Origin: Fidelibacterota bacterium
GTDB taxonomy: Bacteria; Fidelibacterota; UBA2242
Direction of reading: 5' to 3'
Assembly (NCBI GenBank): GCA_016782645.1
Contig: JADHYC010000003.1
Span: 2,819 to 66,818 of the forward strand
Length of the DNA stretch: 64,000 bases
Part shown: piece by piece, positions 8,243 through 17,747 of the stretch
Position numbering within the stretch: position 1 is the first letter of the stretch
Layout: each line of letters starts with the position of its first letter
The notes under the pieces: generated by a model
The model's database searches: none
What the model saw: only the letters and a program-made list of their open reading frames with translations
Told to the model about the DNA's origin: nothing
Program-made: the position numbers and the translations under genes

Positions 8243-9310
8243 TCACTCAAACCGATACTGAATTCCAGTAGATAAAAACCACTTATCATAATAGATCCCG
8301 ATATATCTGGTTTCATTCCTCATGAGTGCTAATTTCCCTGTCATTGATAACTTACCGATAACCGGTCTTTCCCAACCGAGGAAAAATTGATTCTGTACGT
8401 TTTGCTCCGGGTCAGGGTTGTAATACATCAGATGTTCAGTCGGATCATCTGTATATTGTTTTAACTGGACTTGTGTAATGACTTGAATTATTGTTTTGAA
8501 TATTTTTCTTGTTGCATAAAGTTGGAGTGAGAGGTTATAAAATGATGAGTAATCACTATTGGAATCAGTAAAAAGAAGTCTGCAATTGGCTCCTGCTATC
8601 ATTTTCTTTCTGTATTCCACACCGATTTGGGTAGATAATATTTTGTCCTTCTGAAAAGGTAGATTAGAGGTTTCATCGCTATCTCCTTCATGAAAGATCG
8701 TACGATTAAGATAGCGGGCTTCAGTATAATCAAGTTTCCAGTTTAGTATAGTGTACGGGTTTAGAGAATGAAGAAGTTCCAGAATAATTCCTTTTTGTTC
8801 GGAATTGAATAGTTTAAATGACTCGTAATAATTATTACGATAATATAATCCGATTTGTGAGATCGTTTTAGCCTTTTTGTATCCTAATCTTCCGTTAATT
8901 TCGCCATTTAGATAATCTCCATTATTGTTTATCCATATTTTATTAAAAAGATTGATGTGAATTGAGAAGAATAATGAAGGTGAAAAATCATGCTTATTTC
9001 GAAGGTTAAAGGTATTTGTTACTTTTTTCTCTCTGGGATTGTTCTGATATACAGCAAAATTCCCTATCCAGTCTATCAATAAAAATTTTTTACTTTTAGT
9101 TTTTGTATAATTTAATCCACACCAGAATTGACCGTTATTATCGAGAACTTCTTTTTCACTGTCTTCGAAGATATTACTTTCTTGTGCAAATTCTGATTTA
9201 AGAAAAAATGAGAAAGATTTTATTATTTCTGCTTCTAAAGAACTGCAGAATAGAAAGACATGTAAATAAAAAATTGTTAAGAATATATTTTTCGTTTTTT
9301 TAGTATTCAA
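8243..9310 (-). CDS. Hypothetical secreted protein, probable outer-membrane beta-barrel
   Basis: N-terminal signal peptide (MNTKKTKNIFLTIFYLHVFLFCSSLEA). C-terminus ends ...GIQYRFE with an alternating hydrophobic pattern. Confidence 0.5.
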   Translation of the reverse strand: MNTKKTKNIFLTIFYLHVFLFCSSLEAEIIKSFSFFLKSEFAQESNIFEDSEKEVLDNNGQFWCGLNYTKTKSKKFLLIDWIGNFAVYQNNPREKKVTNTFNLRNKHDFSPSLFFSIHINLFNKIWINNNGDYLNGEINGRLGYKKAKTISQIGLYYRNNYYESFKLFNSEQKGIILELLHSLNPYTILNWKLDYTEARYLNRTIFHEGDSDETSNLPFQKDKILSTQIGVEYRKKMIAGANCRLLFTDSNSDYSSFYNLSLQLYATRKIFKTIIQVITQVQLKQYTDDPTEHLMYYNPDPEQNVQNQFFLGWERPVIGKLSMTGKLALMRNETRYIGIYYDKWFLSTGIQYRFE

Positions 9311-9431
9311 TATAAGTGGTTGTTAGTTACTTAAGTTTTGAGTATAAATGAATTTTTAAAATTCAACGTGTGGTGATTTTTAAATAATTCTTTAGCATCT
9401 TATCCGCTAACTGGCTGATATCTTCGACATA

Positions 9432-9845
9432 TTAATATGACTTATTTTTCATTCCAAGTTGATTAGAAATGTTCTTTCCCTTTTCTATCTCTTGAATAGT
9501 CTCGCCTATTTGTTCAATGACTCCTTCAAGATTCTCATATATATCTGTGTTTATGTACCTTAGAAAATGAATACCGTAAGTCTCTATATACTTCTGTCTA
9601 TCATTGTCTTTTGTTTTTGATCCTGGTTGAAAATGACTCGTACCATCAACTTCAATAGCTAATTTTAATTTTGGACAGTAGAAATCAATTACATAAGAGC
9701 TAACACTATACTGCCTTCGAAATTTACAACCATAAACTTGTTTTCCTTTGAGTTTTGACCATAATATAATTTCAGCTTCTGTCATATTTCTTCTTAGATA
9801 TTTTCTTCTTTTTGTTTCTTTTTTTCTATTAAAAACTTTAGTCAT
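9432..9845 (-). CDS. DUF559 (Vsr/restriction-endonuclease-like fold) domain protein
   Basis: LWSKLKGKQ...YRFRRQ...IDFYCPKLKLAIEVDGTSH...D..RQK.IE..G..FLRY is the classic DUF559 pattern. Confidence 0.8.
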   Translation of the reverse strand: MTKVFNRKKETKRRKYLRRNMTEAEIILWSKLKGKQVYGCKFRRQYSVSSYVIDFYCPKLKLAIEVDGTSHFQPGSKTKDNDRQKYIETYGIHFLRYINTDIYENLEGVIEQIGETIQEIEKGKNISNQLGMKNKSY

Positions 9846-9864
9846 TAGTTTTTACTTTTTATAC

Positions 9865-10008
9865 TACCACCCCTCAATCCCCTCCTTGGCAAGGAGGGGA
9901 AAAAGGGGTGGTTAATACATTTACAAAATCAAAAAACATCTTTTTAAATTACTTTCCCTTCTTCCCTTTCTGGTAGCTGCCGGTGGAAAAAGAGGTGGTT
10001 AATGCTTG
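9865..10008. repeat. Nested palindromic element plus a degenerate second copy
   Basis: Outer stem accacccct/aggggtggt and inner stem cccctcctt/aaggagggg at 9866-9911. The 3' half GGAAAAAG(G/A)GGTGGTTAAT recurs at 9986-10004. Confidence 0.6.
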
Positions 10009-10084
10009 TTAAAATCAATTGTTAAAAATAGATTTTTTCTGCAAAACTTGAGTTAATTATTCATACTAGCTGTAACAGGACTGC

Positions 10085-11143
10085 TTATCGATTGAATTCT
10101 TTAATTTCCTTGATTGTCTGTAAATAAGAAGTACGAATAGAATCCAGATGTGCTATATAATTAGGTAAATTAGTGGATGGGATATTTTGAAATAAAAACA
10201 GGTATTCAGTATACAAGTTAGTCATCGGCGTTTCTGATTGTAAAAGCCCTTTATTGTTTGATAGTTCAGCATAGTTTGCAAAGTCACTTTCGTATGCTAT
10301 AGAGGGTCCCCAGGAACGACCGTTTTCTTCAAAAGTATTGGTGGAATATACATTCGATTCTCCTGATAAAGCTGTCATTTCTGTACTGAACTGAGACAGC
10401 CTTTTTCGAAGCAATTCTTCTTCTTTTACAGCATCTATTATTAGTTCAATTTGATTAATTTTATTTTCGAGGATTTTTATTAAGTCCTCCTGTATGACTT
10501 TTTTCTGTTTTTGATTTATGAAAAGAGATAAAAACGTGTCGTCTTCGGGAAGGATATTTTGAGTATACAGAGTAAAATATTTTTGACTGTTTAACAACCA
10601 GTCTCTTCTTTGCTTGAGTTCAAGTAAATATAGAAGATTGTTTTTTCTTTTTGTTGAATCTGCCCTGTTTTCCAGTTCAGAAATGGTTGAATCAATTTCA
10701 ATAGTCAGGACGATATAATACTTCTCAAATATCTGATTTGCGCTGGATTTTAATTCAAGCAATTTTTGATAAAATGATATTACATTTTGGTTTAATTCTG
10801 CTTTTTTTTCAGTTATCTTTACTAATTTTCTGCGGTTGAACCAGCTGGGATTATTTTGAGATTCTAATTTATTAGTTTCAATATTTAATTTCTGCAGAGC
10901 ATTTTCCGGTGTAGAATGCTGTTTTTTGAGTTTGATGATTTCGCTGATATTGTGAATAAGTTTATTGTGATATTCTTGAATTGCACTACTGCTGAATGCT
11001 ATTCCTACAATTAATGCGAAATTGAACCCGAAGACTATAAGTAGTTGATATTTGTCTGCCTGCCGAAGCCCGCCTTCCAAAGTACTTGTACGGCGGATAG
11101 ACCTCGGCGCAGGCTGGGATTTTTTTCTCATTTGTTTTATCAC
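10085..11143 (-). CDS. Hypothetical membrane protein with extensive coiled-coil
   Basis: N-terminal TM helix (LLIVFGFNFALIVGIAF). The rest is Q/E/K/L-rich with heptad-like character. Lies immediately downstream of the NtrC-type regulator. Confidence 0.5.
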   Translation of the reverse strand: MIKQMRKKSQPAPRSIRRTSTLEGGLRQADKYQLLIVFGFNFALIVGIAFSSSAIQEYHNKLIHNISEIIKLKKQHSTPENALQKLNIETNKLESQNNPSWFNRRKLVKITEKKAELNQNVISFYQKLLELKSSANQIFEKYYIVLTIEIDSTISELENRADSTKRKNNLLYLLELKQRRDWLLNSQKYFTLYTQNILPEDDTFLSLFINQKQKKVIQEDLIKILENKINQIELIIDAVKEEELLRKRLSQFSTEMTALSGESNVYSTNTFEENGRSWGPSIAYESDFANYAELSNNKGLLQSETPMTNLYTEYLFLFQNIPSTNLPNYIAHLDSIRTSYLQTIKEIKEFNR

Positions 11144-11215
11144 TGGATTATGGACGAATAATCTCCAATTAAAAATCTATTCCTTGTGATCTCTGCGTTC
11201 TCTAGGGTGAATTTT

Positions 11216-12583
11216 TTATAAATATTCTTCCTCTCTAACATCATATTTTTCCATTTTGTAATAAAGAGTACTTGTCTTGATGTTTAATTTTTTAGCAGCG
11301 CGTTGCTTTACGCCATTTGTTTCATGCAATGCGTTGATTATCATTTCTCGTTCCATTTTGCTTAGAGTTTGTATCAGATCTCCGTCCGGGATTTGAAATG
11401 AATCTTCTTTTATATTATCTATATCTGTAAAAGTAAAAAGTGAATCAGTAAAAACATCCTCATCAATGAAAACAAGAGCGCGTTCAATGAAATTTTCTAA
11501 CTCTCTAATATTTCCGGGCCAGGAATATGCCTGGAGCTTTCGAATGACACTTGCTGTCACTTGGGGAATATTACGATTGAGTTTTTTCGATTTTATTTTA
11601 AGTATGAAATCGAGCAATAATGGAATGTCCTCTTTTCTGTTACGTAGAGGGGGGATATGTATTGGAATTACGTTAAGTCTATAAAACAGGTCGGAGCGGA
11701 AGAATTTTTCTTTTACTGTCTGCTTTAAATCTTTATTTGTTGCAGCAATTAACCGGAAATCGCTTTTAATATATTTTTCGCCACCTACTCTTTGAAAGCG
11801 TTTATTTTGCAATACTCTTAGTAATTTTACTTGAAGGGCAGGGGACATCTCTCCGATTTCATCCAGAAAAAGTGTTCCATTGTCGCTTTGTTCAAATTTA
11901 CCGATATGAACTTTCATGGCTCCTGTGAATGCACCTTTTTCGTGCCCAAAGAGTTCACTCTCTAAAAGATTTTCATTTAATGCTCCGCAATTAACGGCTA
12001 TAAATGGTCTGTCCTTACCAAAGCTTTCGTTATGAATAGTATAAGCGACAAGCTCTTTCCCGGTTCCACTTTCACCTGTGATCAATATAGAGCTATCAAT
12101 GTTTGCTACTTTTGAGATTTGCGCTTTTATTTTTTTTATAGACTCTGAAATCCCAATTAAGAGTGGTACCTCAATAGGTGCCGCTTTTATTTCCTGTTTT
12201 AATGCCCATCGTTCATAAACTGCTGCTACTTTCTTTCTTAGCTCGGCTATTGAAAAAGGTTTTGTTATAAAATCTTCAGCACCATGTTTCATCGAATCAA
12301 CTGCAATATCTACTGTTGCATAAGCAGTGATTAAGATAACGTCGGTTGCCAGATTTTGCTTTTGAATTGTTTTAAATAATTCAATTCCGTCTATTTTTGG
12401 CATTTTTATATCAGTAATTACCAGATGAAATAAAGATGATTCAAATTTATCCAATCCTTCTTTACCATCAACCGCTGAATCAACAAAATATCCTTCTTTT
12501 TTCAGAGATGTAACGATACCTTCTCTCATTGATTGGTTATCTTCGACGGCTAAGATTCGATATTTTTTCTTTAGATCACTCAT
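11216..12583 (-). CDS. Sigma54-dependent Fis-family response regulator (NtrC/AtoC-like)
   Basis: REC domain (ILAVEDN...DIKMPKIDGIEL); AAA+ sigma54-interaction domain (GESGTGKELVA, GAFTGA, ESELFGHEKGAFTGA); C-terminal Fis-type HTH. Confidence 0.9.
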   Translation of the reverse strand: MSDLKKKYRILAVEDNQSMREGIVTSLKKEGYFVDSAVDGKEGLDKFESSLFHLVITDIKMPKIDGIELFKTIQKQNLATDVILITAYATVDIAVDSMKHGAEDFITKPFSIAELRKKVAAVYERWALKQEIKAAPIEVPLLIGISESIKKIKAQISKVANIDSSILITGESGTGKELVAYTIHNESFGKDRPFIAVNCGALNENLLESELFGHEKGAFTGAMKVHIGKFEQSDNGTLFLDEIGEMSPALQVKLLRVLQNKRFQRVGGEKYIKSDFRLIAATNKDLKQTVKEKFFRSDLFYRLNVIPIHIPPLRNRKEDIPLLLDFILKIKSKKLNRNIPQVTASVIRKLQAYSWPGNIRELENFIERALVFIDEDVFTDSLFTFTDIDNIKEDSFQIPDGDLIQTLSKMEREMIINALHETNGVKQRAAKKLNIKTSTLYYKMEKYDVREEEYL

Positions 12584-12584
12584 A

Positions 12585-13967
12585 TTAACTCTTCGGTAAA
12601 ATTAAGACAAACTCCGTGCCGTTCTCATCAGAGCGAACAAGATAAATATTTCCCCCGTGCTGCTCGACGATAGATTTAGTGATGGTCAGCCCTAAACCGA
12701 CGCCACTCGCCTTGGTGCTGAAGAAAGCATCAAAAATCTGAGACTGGATTTCTTGTGGGATAGATTTGCCTTTATTACGAAAATGTATTTTTAACTCTGT
12801 TTTGCAATTTATTATTTTTACTTCAATATTGTTAGAACTATCAGATGCCTCAATGCTGTTTTTTAACAAATTGTAGAAGGCATGCCGCATTTTTCCAGGA
12901 TGGATGTTTGTCTTTCCATTACCAACAATAGAAATATTACGGTTGGGAAATTCACTCTGAATTTGTGATACAGACTCTTGGAGGATTTGCCTTATGTCGG
13001 TAAAAATAGTGTTATGTTCAATTGGTCGGGCATAAGTTAAAAATGATTCAACGATTTCCGAAAGATGTTTTACTTCTCTCGAAATGGCTTTTGTATACTT
13101 TGCAATTTTAGAAGAGTGTTCCGATTCTTCTAACAACAAGTCTGCATTTACTTGCATTCCGCCAAGAGGATTTCTAATCTCATGCGCTACTGAAGCGATT
13201 AGCTGTTTGTTTTCTTTTTCTCTTTGATCAATTTCAGATTGCATTTTTTGCATGGTTTTACCAAGGAATCCTATTTCATCATTACGATTCTCAAGTGAAA
13301 ATGATCTACCGCGTCCTTTTCCAATTTCAGAAGCAAATTGAGTGAGTTTATATAGAGGGTGAGTTAAAGTTTGAGATAGTATTAGCGATATAACAATACT
13401 TATTAAAAGAACTATTCCTCCAATGGTGAAGATTTGTCGACGAAGTTTTGCAGTTTCCTGAAAAAAATCAGCATTAGCATCAATGGCTAAAATAGTAGTA
13501 GAACTGTCAGGAAAAGAAACCGGACAGAAGACAGATTTGTAATGATTTCCTGATCTGTCGGAGAATAGAGGTGAACTAACTGTTTTGCCTTCTAATGCTT
13601 GAGAGATTTCCCTTTTGTGAAGCATAACGGATTTGACTGCGCTTTCTTCCTTTCCTACAGATAGAATAATAATTCCTGATTCCTGAATAATATAGATTGT
13701 ATTAGCGGAAAATTGTAATAAATGTCGGCTAAAGAATTGCTTCAGTGAATCTTTTACAATAAGCGATTCGGGATATTTGTTTAGGAATTCAATCAGGGAA
13801 AAGTCTAACTTTTTTCTGAAGAGAGTAATATTAGATTTCATGTGCTGAGATAACTGTTTTTCCAATGCTTGCCTAGTCTGCCAGTAAATCGGTACCGACA
13901 AAGATAGAATAACCAGTATAACAAGTGAGCCGGTAACTAAAGCAATTTTCCAGGATAATTTTTTCAT
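12585..13967 (-). CDS. Sensor histidine kinase (TM, HAMP-like, HisKA, HATPase_c)
   Basis: H-box ASVAHEIRNPLGGMQ. The C-terminal G-boxes GVGLGLTITKSIVEQHGGNI. Two TM segments. The stop is 1 nt from the regulator start. Confidence 0.85.
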   Translation of the reverse strand: MKKLSWKIALVTGSLVILVILSLSVPIYWQTRQALEKQLSQHMKSNITLFRKKLDFSLIEFLNKYPESLIVKDSLKQFFSRHLLQFSANTIYIIQESGIIILSVGKEESAVKSVMLHKREISQALEGKTVSSPLFSDRSGNHYKSVFCPVSFPDSSTTILAIDANADFFQETAKLRRQIFTIGGIVLLISIVISLILSQTLTHPLYKLTQFASEIGKGRGRSFSLENRNDEIGFLGKTMQKMQSEIDQREKENKQLIASVAHEIRNPLGGMQVNADLLLEESEHSSKIAKYTKAISREVKHLSEIVESFLTYARPIEHNTIFTDIRQILQESVSQIQSEFPNRNISIVGNGKTNIHPGKMRHAFYNLLKNSIEASDSSNNIEVKIINCKTELKIHFRNKGKSIPQEIQSQIFDAFFSTKASGVGLGLTITKSIVEQHGGNIYLVRSDENGTEFVLILPKS

Positions 13968-14107
13968 TTCACCATAAGTTAATGATATATTTTTATTTAT
14001 AAAAAAATAAGAGTTTGGAAATTATTAATAATGAGCCGTGCAAAAATCTTTCTTTTTCATTTTGAAATGGATTAAATTTGTGACCATTTGAAATTAATAG
14101 AGTATTC

Positions 14108-15424
14108 ATGAAAATTGGAATCCGAAGAGAAGACAAGAACGAGTGGGAGGGAAGAGTTCCCATAATTCCTGAACATGTAAAAGAACTATATCAAAAGTAT
14201 GATATTAAATTTGTTGTTCAACCGTCAAGTATTCGAGCATTTAGTGTTGAAGAATATCGTCAAGCAGGTGCAATAATTCAGGAAGATCTTTCAGAATGTT
14301 CGATCATTTTGGCTATAAAAGAGATACAGGAAGATTTTTTCATTCAAAATAAAGTTTACGTATTTTTTTCACATACGATTAAAGGTCAACAACATAACAT
14401 GCCTATGCTTAAACGCATGATGGAACTTAAAGATACGCTCATTGATTATGAACGAATTGTTGATGATAAAGGAAAGCGTATTGTTTTTTTTGGTCGTTTT
14501 GCCGGGATTGCGGGGATGATTGACGTATTTTGGGCTTTTGGTCAGCGTCTGGAGTGGGAAGGTTATAAAACTCCCTTTAGTAAATTAAAACAAGCGCTTA
14601 ATTATTCAGGTTTGGATGAAGTTAAGTCTGTTTATAAAGGGATTGGGAAGGTTATCAAGAAGGAGGGCTTGCCAAAGGATATTATTCCATTAATAGTTGG
14701 TTTTGCCGGATATGGTAATGTTTCCAGAGGTGCCCAGGAAATGTTTGACCTGTTTCCTCATAAAAAAATAGAACCGAAACATTTAAAAGATTTCATGAAA
14801 AAACGCAATTTCTCAAGTCATCATTTATATAAAGTGATTTTTAAAGAAAAAGATATGGTACAACCTACTGATTCATCAATTTCATTTACTCTGCAAGATT
14901 ATTATCATCATCCTGAAAAATATACTTCAAAGTTTGAAGATTACCTCCCTCATTTGAAAGTTTTAGTGAATGCGATTTACTGGGACAAGATGTACCCGAA
15001 GCTTGTCACAAAAAAGTATTTAAAAACTATTTATGAAGCAGGGAAAACGCTGCCTTTGAGAGTGATTGGTGATATAAGCTGCGATGTTGAAGGTTCGATT
15101 GAATGTAATTTAGCGACTACAAATTCAGGTAACCCTGTGTATATTTATGATCCATTAAATCAAACCATAAGATATGGGGTAGAAGGTAATGGTTCTGTTA
15201 TATTGGCAATTGATAATCTTCCTTGTGAATTACCTAAAGAGTCATCATCGATTTTCAGTGGTGTTTTGGAACACTTTATACCTCGATTGGTAGAAGTTGA
15301 TTTTTCAGTACCTTTTGAGAAAGTTAATATTCACCCAGAGATCAAACGTGCTACTATTTTGTATAAAGGGGAGTTAACACCTGATTACAAATATTTATTG
15401 GAGTATTTGAATATATCTAAATAA
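14108..15424 (+). CDS. Lysine-ketoglutarate reductase / saccharopine dehydrogenase (NAD+, L-lysine-forming), LKR domain homolog
   Basis: Strong similarity to the N-terminal LKR half of eukaryotic AASS: REDKNEWEGRVP, FFSHTIKGQQHNMPML, LIDYERIVDDKGKRIVFFGRFAGIAGMIDV. Confidence 0.85.
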   Translation: MKIGIRREDKNEWEGRVPIIPEHVKELYQKYDIKFVVQPSSIRAFSVEEYRQAGAIIQEDLSECSIILAIKEIQEDFFIQNKVYVFFSHTIKGQQHNMPMLKRMMELKDTLIDYERIVDDKGKRIVFFGRFAGIAGMIDVFWAFGQRLEWEGYKTPFSKLKQALNYSGLDEVKSVYKGIGKVIKKEGLPKDIIPLIVGFAGYGNVSRGAQEMFDLFPHKKIEPKHLKDFMKKRNFSSHHLYKVIFKEKDMVQPTDSSISFTLQDYYHHPEKYTSKFEDYLPHLKVLVNAIYWDKMYPKLVTKKYLKTIYEAGKTLPLRVIGDISCDVEGSIECNLATTNSGNPVYIYDPLNQTIRYGVEGNGSVILAIDNLPCELPKESSSIFSGVLEHFIPRLVEVDFSVPFEKVNIHPEIKRATILYKGELTPDYKYLLEYLNISK

Positions 15425-15496
15425 TTATTTGAGTAGTTAATTAGATACAATAATTTCTATTTCTTTTTGATTAACAAGAAATCGTTTTAAATATTA

Positions 15497-16834
15497 TTGG
15501 AAGAGGAGATGAAAATGAAGAATGTTTTGGTTTTAGGTGCTGGTCTTGTTTCAAGACCATTAGTAAGGTATTTGTTAGATGAGCCGGAATTCCATGTAAA
15601 AGTTGCGAGCCGGACTGTTAGTAAAGCTGAAAAGTTGATTCAAGGACATCCGAGAGGTAACGCACAGGCATTAAATGTAAAGGATACTGAACAATTAAGA
15701 GATTTAATTAAAGAATGTGATATAGCAATCAGCCTTTTACCCTATACCTATCATGTAAAAGTTGCTGAGATGTGTATTGAATTCAAAAAGAACATGGTAA
15801 CAACTTCTTATATTAGTGCTCCAATGAAAATATTAGATGAAAATGCACGTAAGGCGAATGTATTAATTCTGAATGAAATTGGTGTAGATCCAGGAATTGA
15901 TCACATGTCTGCAATGAGAATTATTCACAAAGTCGAAAATAGTGGCGGAAAGGTTGTTAGCTTTCGTTCCTATTGTGGTGGTTTACCGGCGCCTGAAGCT
16001 AATACAAATCCTTTCGGATATAAATTTAGTTGGAGTCCGCGTGGTGTTTTAATGGCAGGTAGAAATGATGCGAAGTATCTGGAGAATGGTAAGGTAATAG
16101 AGATTCCTGGGAAGGAACTCTTCAAACATCATTGGCCATTGGAGATCGAAGATGAGGGATTGTTTGAAACTTACCCGAATAGGGATTCCATACCATATAT
16201 TGAGACTTATGGACTTAAATATGCTCACACAATGTTTCGAGGAACGATAAGAAACATCGGTTGGTGTGATACACTTTATTGCATTGCCAAATTAGGTCTG
16301 CTTAATGATGCTGGAAGGGATGATCTGAAAGGCATAACATTCGATGATTTGATAGGGAAATTAGTAAATACTAGAGAAGGAATATCTACACATGAAGCAA
16401 CTGAAAAGTTCCTTGGTGATGATGCTACTGAAAGAGTTTTCGATATGCTCGACTGGTTAGGATTATTTAGCAGTGAAACCCTTCCTGATGAAAATAATCT
16501 TCTTGATGTTATGACTGATAAGTTTCTTAAGAAGATGTCTTATGAAAAAAATGAACGCGATATGATTGTTCTCTTTCATGATTTTATTGCTGAATGGTCG
16601 GATAAGAAAAAAAGAATCACTTCAACATTAATAGATTTTGGAATTCCCGATAGCGATTCTTCAATGGCTCGCACAGTTAGTCTTCCGGCAGCTATTGCTA
16701 CAAAGATGATCCTAAAGGGGAAAATTGATGTCACTGGTGTTCATGCTCCTGTTTTATCAGAAATTTATAACCCTGTTTTGGATGAGCTCGAGACGATGAA
16801 TATCGTCTGTAAAGAGAAAGAGTATTCTCTATAA
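15497..16834 (+). CDS. Saccharopine dehydrogenase (L-glutamate-forming), SDH domain homolog
   Basis: NAD(P)-binding VLVLGAGLVSRP; LLPYTYHVKVAEMCIE...MVTTSYIS...GVDPGIDHMSAM...YKFSWSPRGVLMAG matches the AASS SDH half. The true start may be ATG at 15509 or 15515, after the GAAGAGGAG SD. Confidence 0.85.
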   Translation: MEEEMKMKNVLVLGAGLVSRPLVRYLLDEPEFHVKVASRTVSKAEKLIQGHPRGNAQALNVKDTEQLRDLIKECDIAISLLPYTYHVKVAEMCIEFKKNMVTTSYISAPMKILDENARKANVLILNEIGVDPGIDHMSAMRIIHKVENSGGKVVSFRSYCGGLPAPEANTNPFGYKFSWSPRGVLMAGRNDAKYLENGKVIEIPGKELFKHHWPLEIEDEGLFETYPNRDSIPYIETYGLKYAHTMFRGTIRNIGWCDTLYCIAKLGLLNDAGRDDLKGITFDDLIGKLVNTREGISTHEATEKFLGDDATERVFDMLDWLGLFSSETLPDENNLLDVMTDKFLKKMSYEKNERDMIVLFHDFIAEWSDKKKRITSTLIDFGIPDSDSSMARTVSLPAAIATKMILKGKIDVTGVHAPVLSEIYNPVLDELETMNIVCKEKEYSL

Positions 16835-17747
16835 ACTTTTGATACTTCATAAACCTGTTTTATCCCGACGAATGGCAGGGCAAACGGATTTTTATAGTTG
16901 AATTGTAGCTGCGAATTGTCAAGTTCGTAGGTTGTGTCTTTCAGCTGACGGATTCGACGTTACGTGAATAAAACCCATTTAGTTCCGCTATTTGTTGGGG
17001 AAGGAAACTGATTTAGTTCAGTTAAGAACAAACCGATTTTTCCGAAGGTGTGTCTATGATGCACGAAGACCAATTGGTTTTTATTATCTTGTTCAGCTAT
17101 TTTGTAAGATTATTCGTGATGGGATAAAAGCGCAATTCCTCAACTGCTATGAATGAGCCTTAAAGTACTCCTTCCCAATCTATATCGAGCAATCATTCCT
17201 AAATCCCAGCCTGGGAATGGAAAATGGAATACGAAAGATAAAACTGATTTCAGAGCGCCAGGATTGGCTTTATTCAAGTGCGAGGAGTTTTTAATAGAGA
17301 GAATGTTTTTAAAGTTGGAGAGATAGAGTTGTAGGTTTGCGGTGTTAGCGTTATCAAGCTGGGGCTTGGGAATGAAAATATTGTGCTATGTCTTGGGAAC
17401 AAGATTATTATGCCGGAACTTAGGAACAAGGAAGAGAAAAGAGTCGGGGCTTGTGTCAAAGACATCTCTCCGAGAGGAACGAGATGTGTCACCGTACCTA
17501 GAATATTTCTTATGTAGTCCTCCATGACTTCTTTCTTTAAAACGTATCTGAATATTAATATTTCTTCAACATGTCTCCCCTGCGAAACGGTGTGTTTGTA
17601 GAAAACAGAATAGTGATATTCAAGGTAATAATAACCTTCTAAGAACGACCTGTCAAATAAAATTTTATTGTAAAAGTGTACATTTAGATTATTTTATAAG
17701 TGTGTATGGTCTAATATTTTTTAATAAAATAAAAAGAGGAGGCTCAG

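Noticed and set aside
16930-16960. tmRNA-like 5' string (gctgacggattcgacg resembles GCUGAUUCUGGAUUCGACGGG of ssrA)
   Set aside because: No GGGG acceptor start, no tRNA-like T-arm (GGTTCGANTCC) or CCA-proximal stem, and no ORF ending in a tag peptide (…ALAA*). The similarity is limited to about 14 nt.
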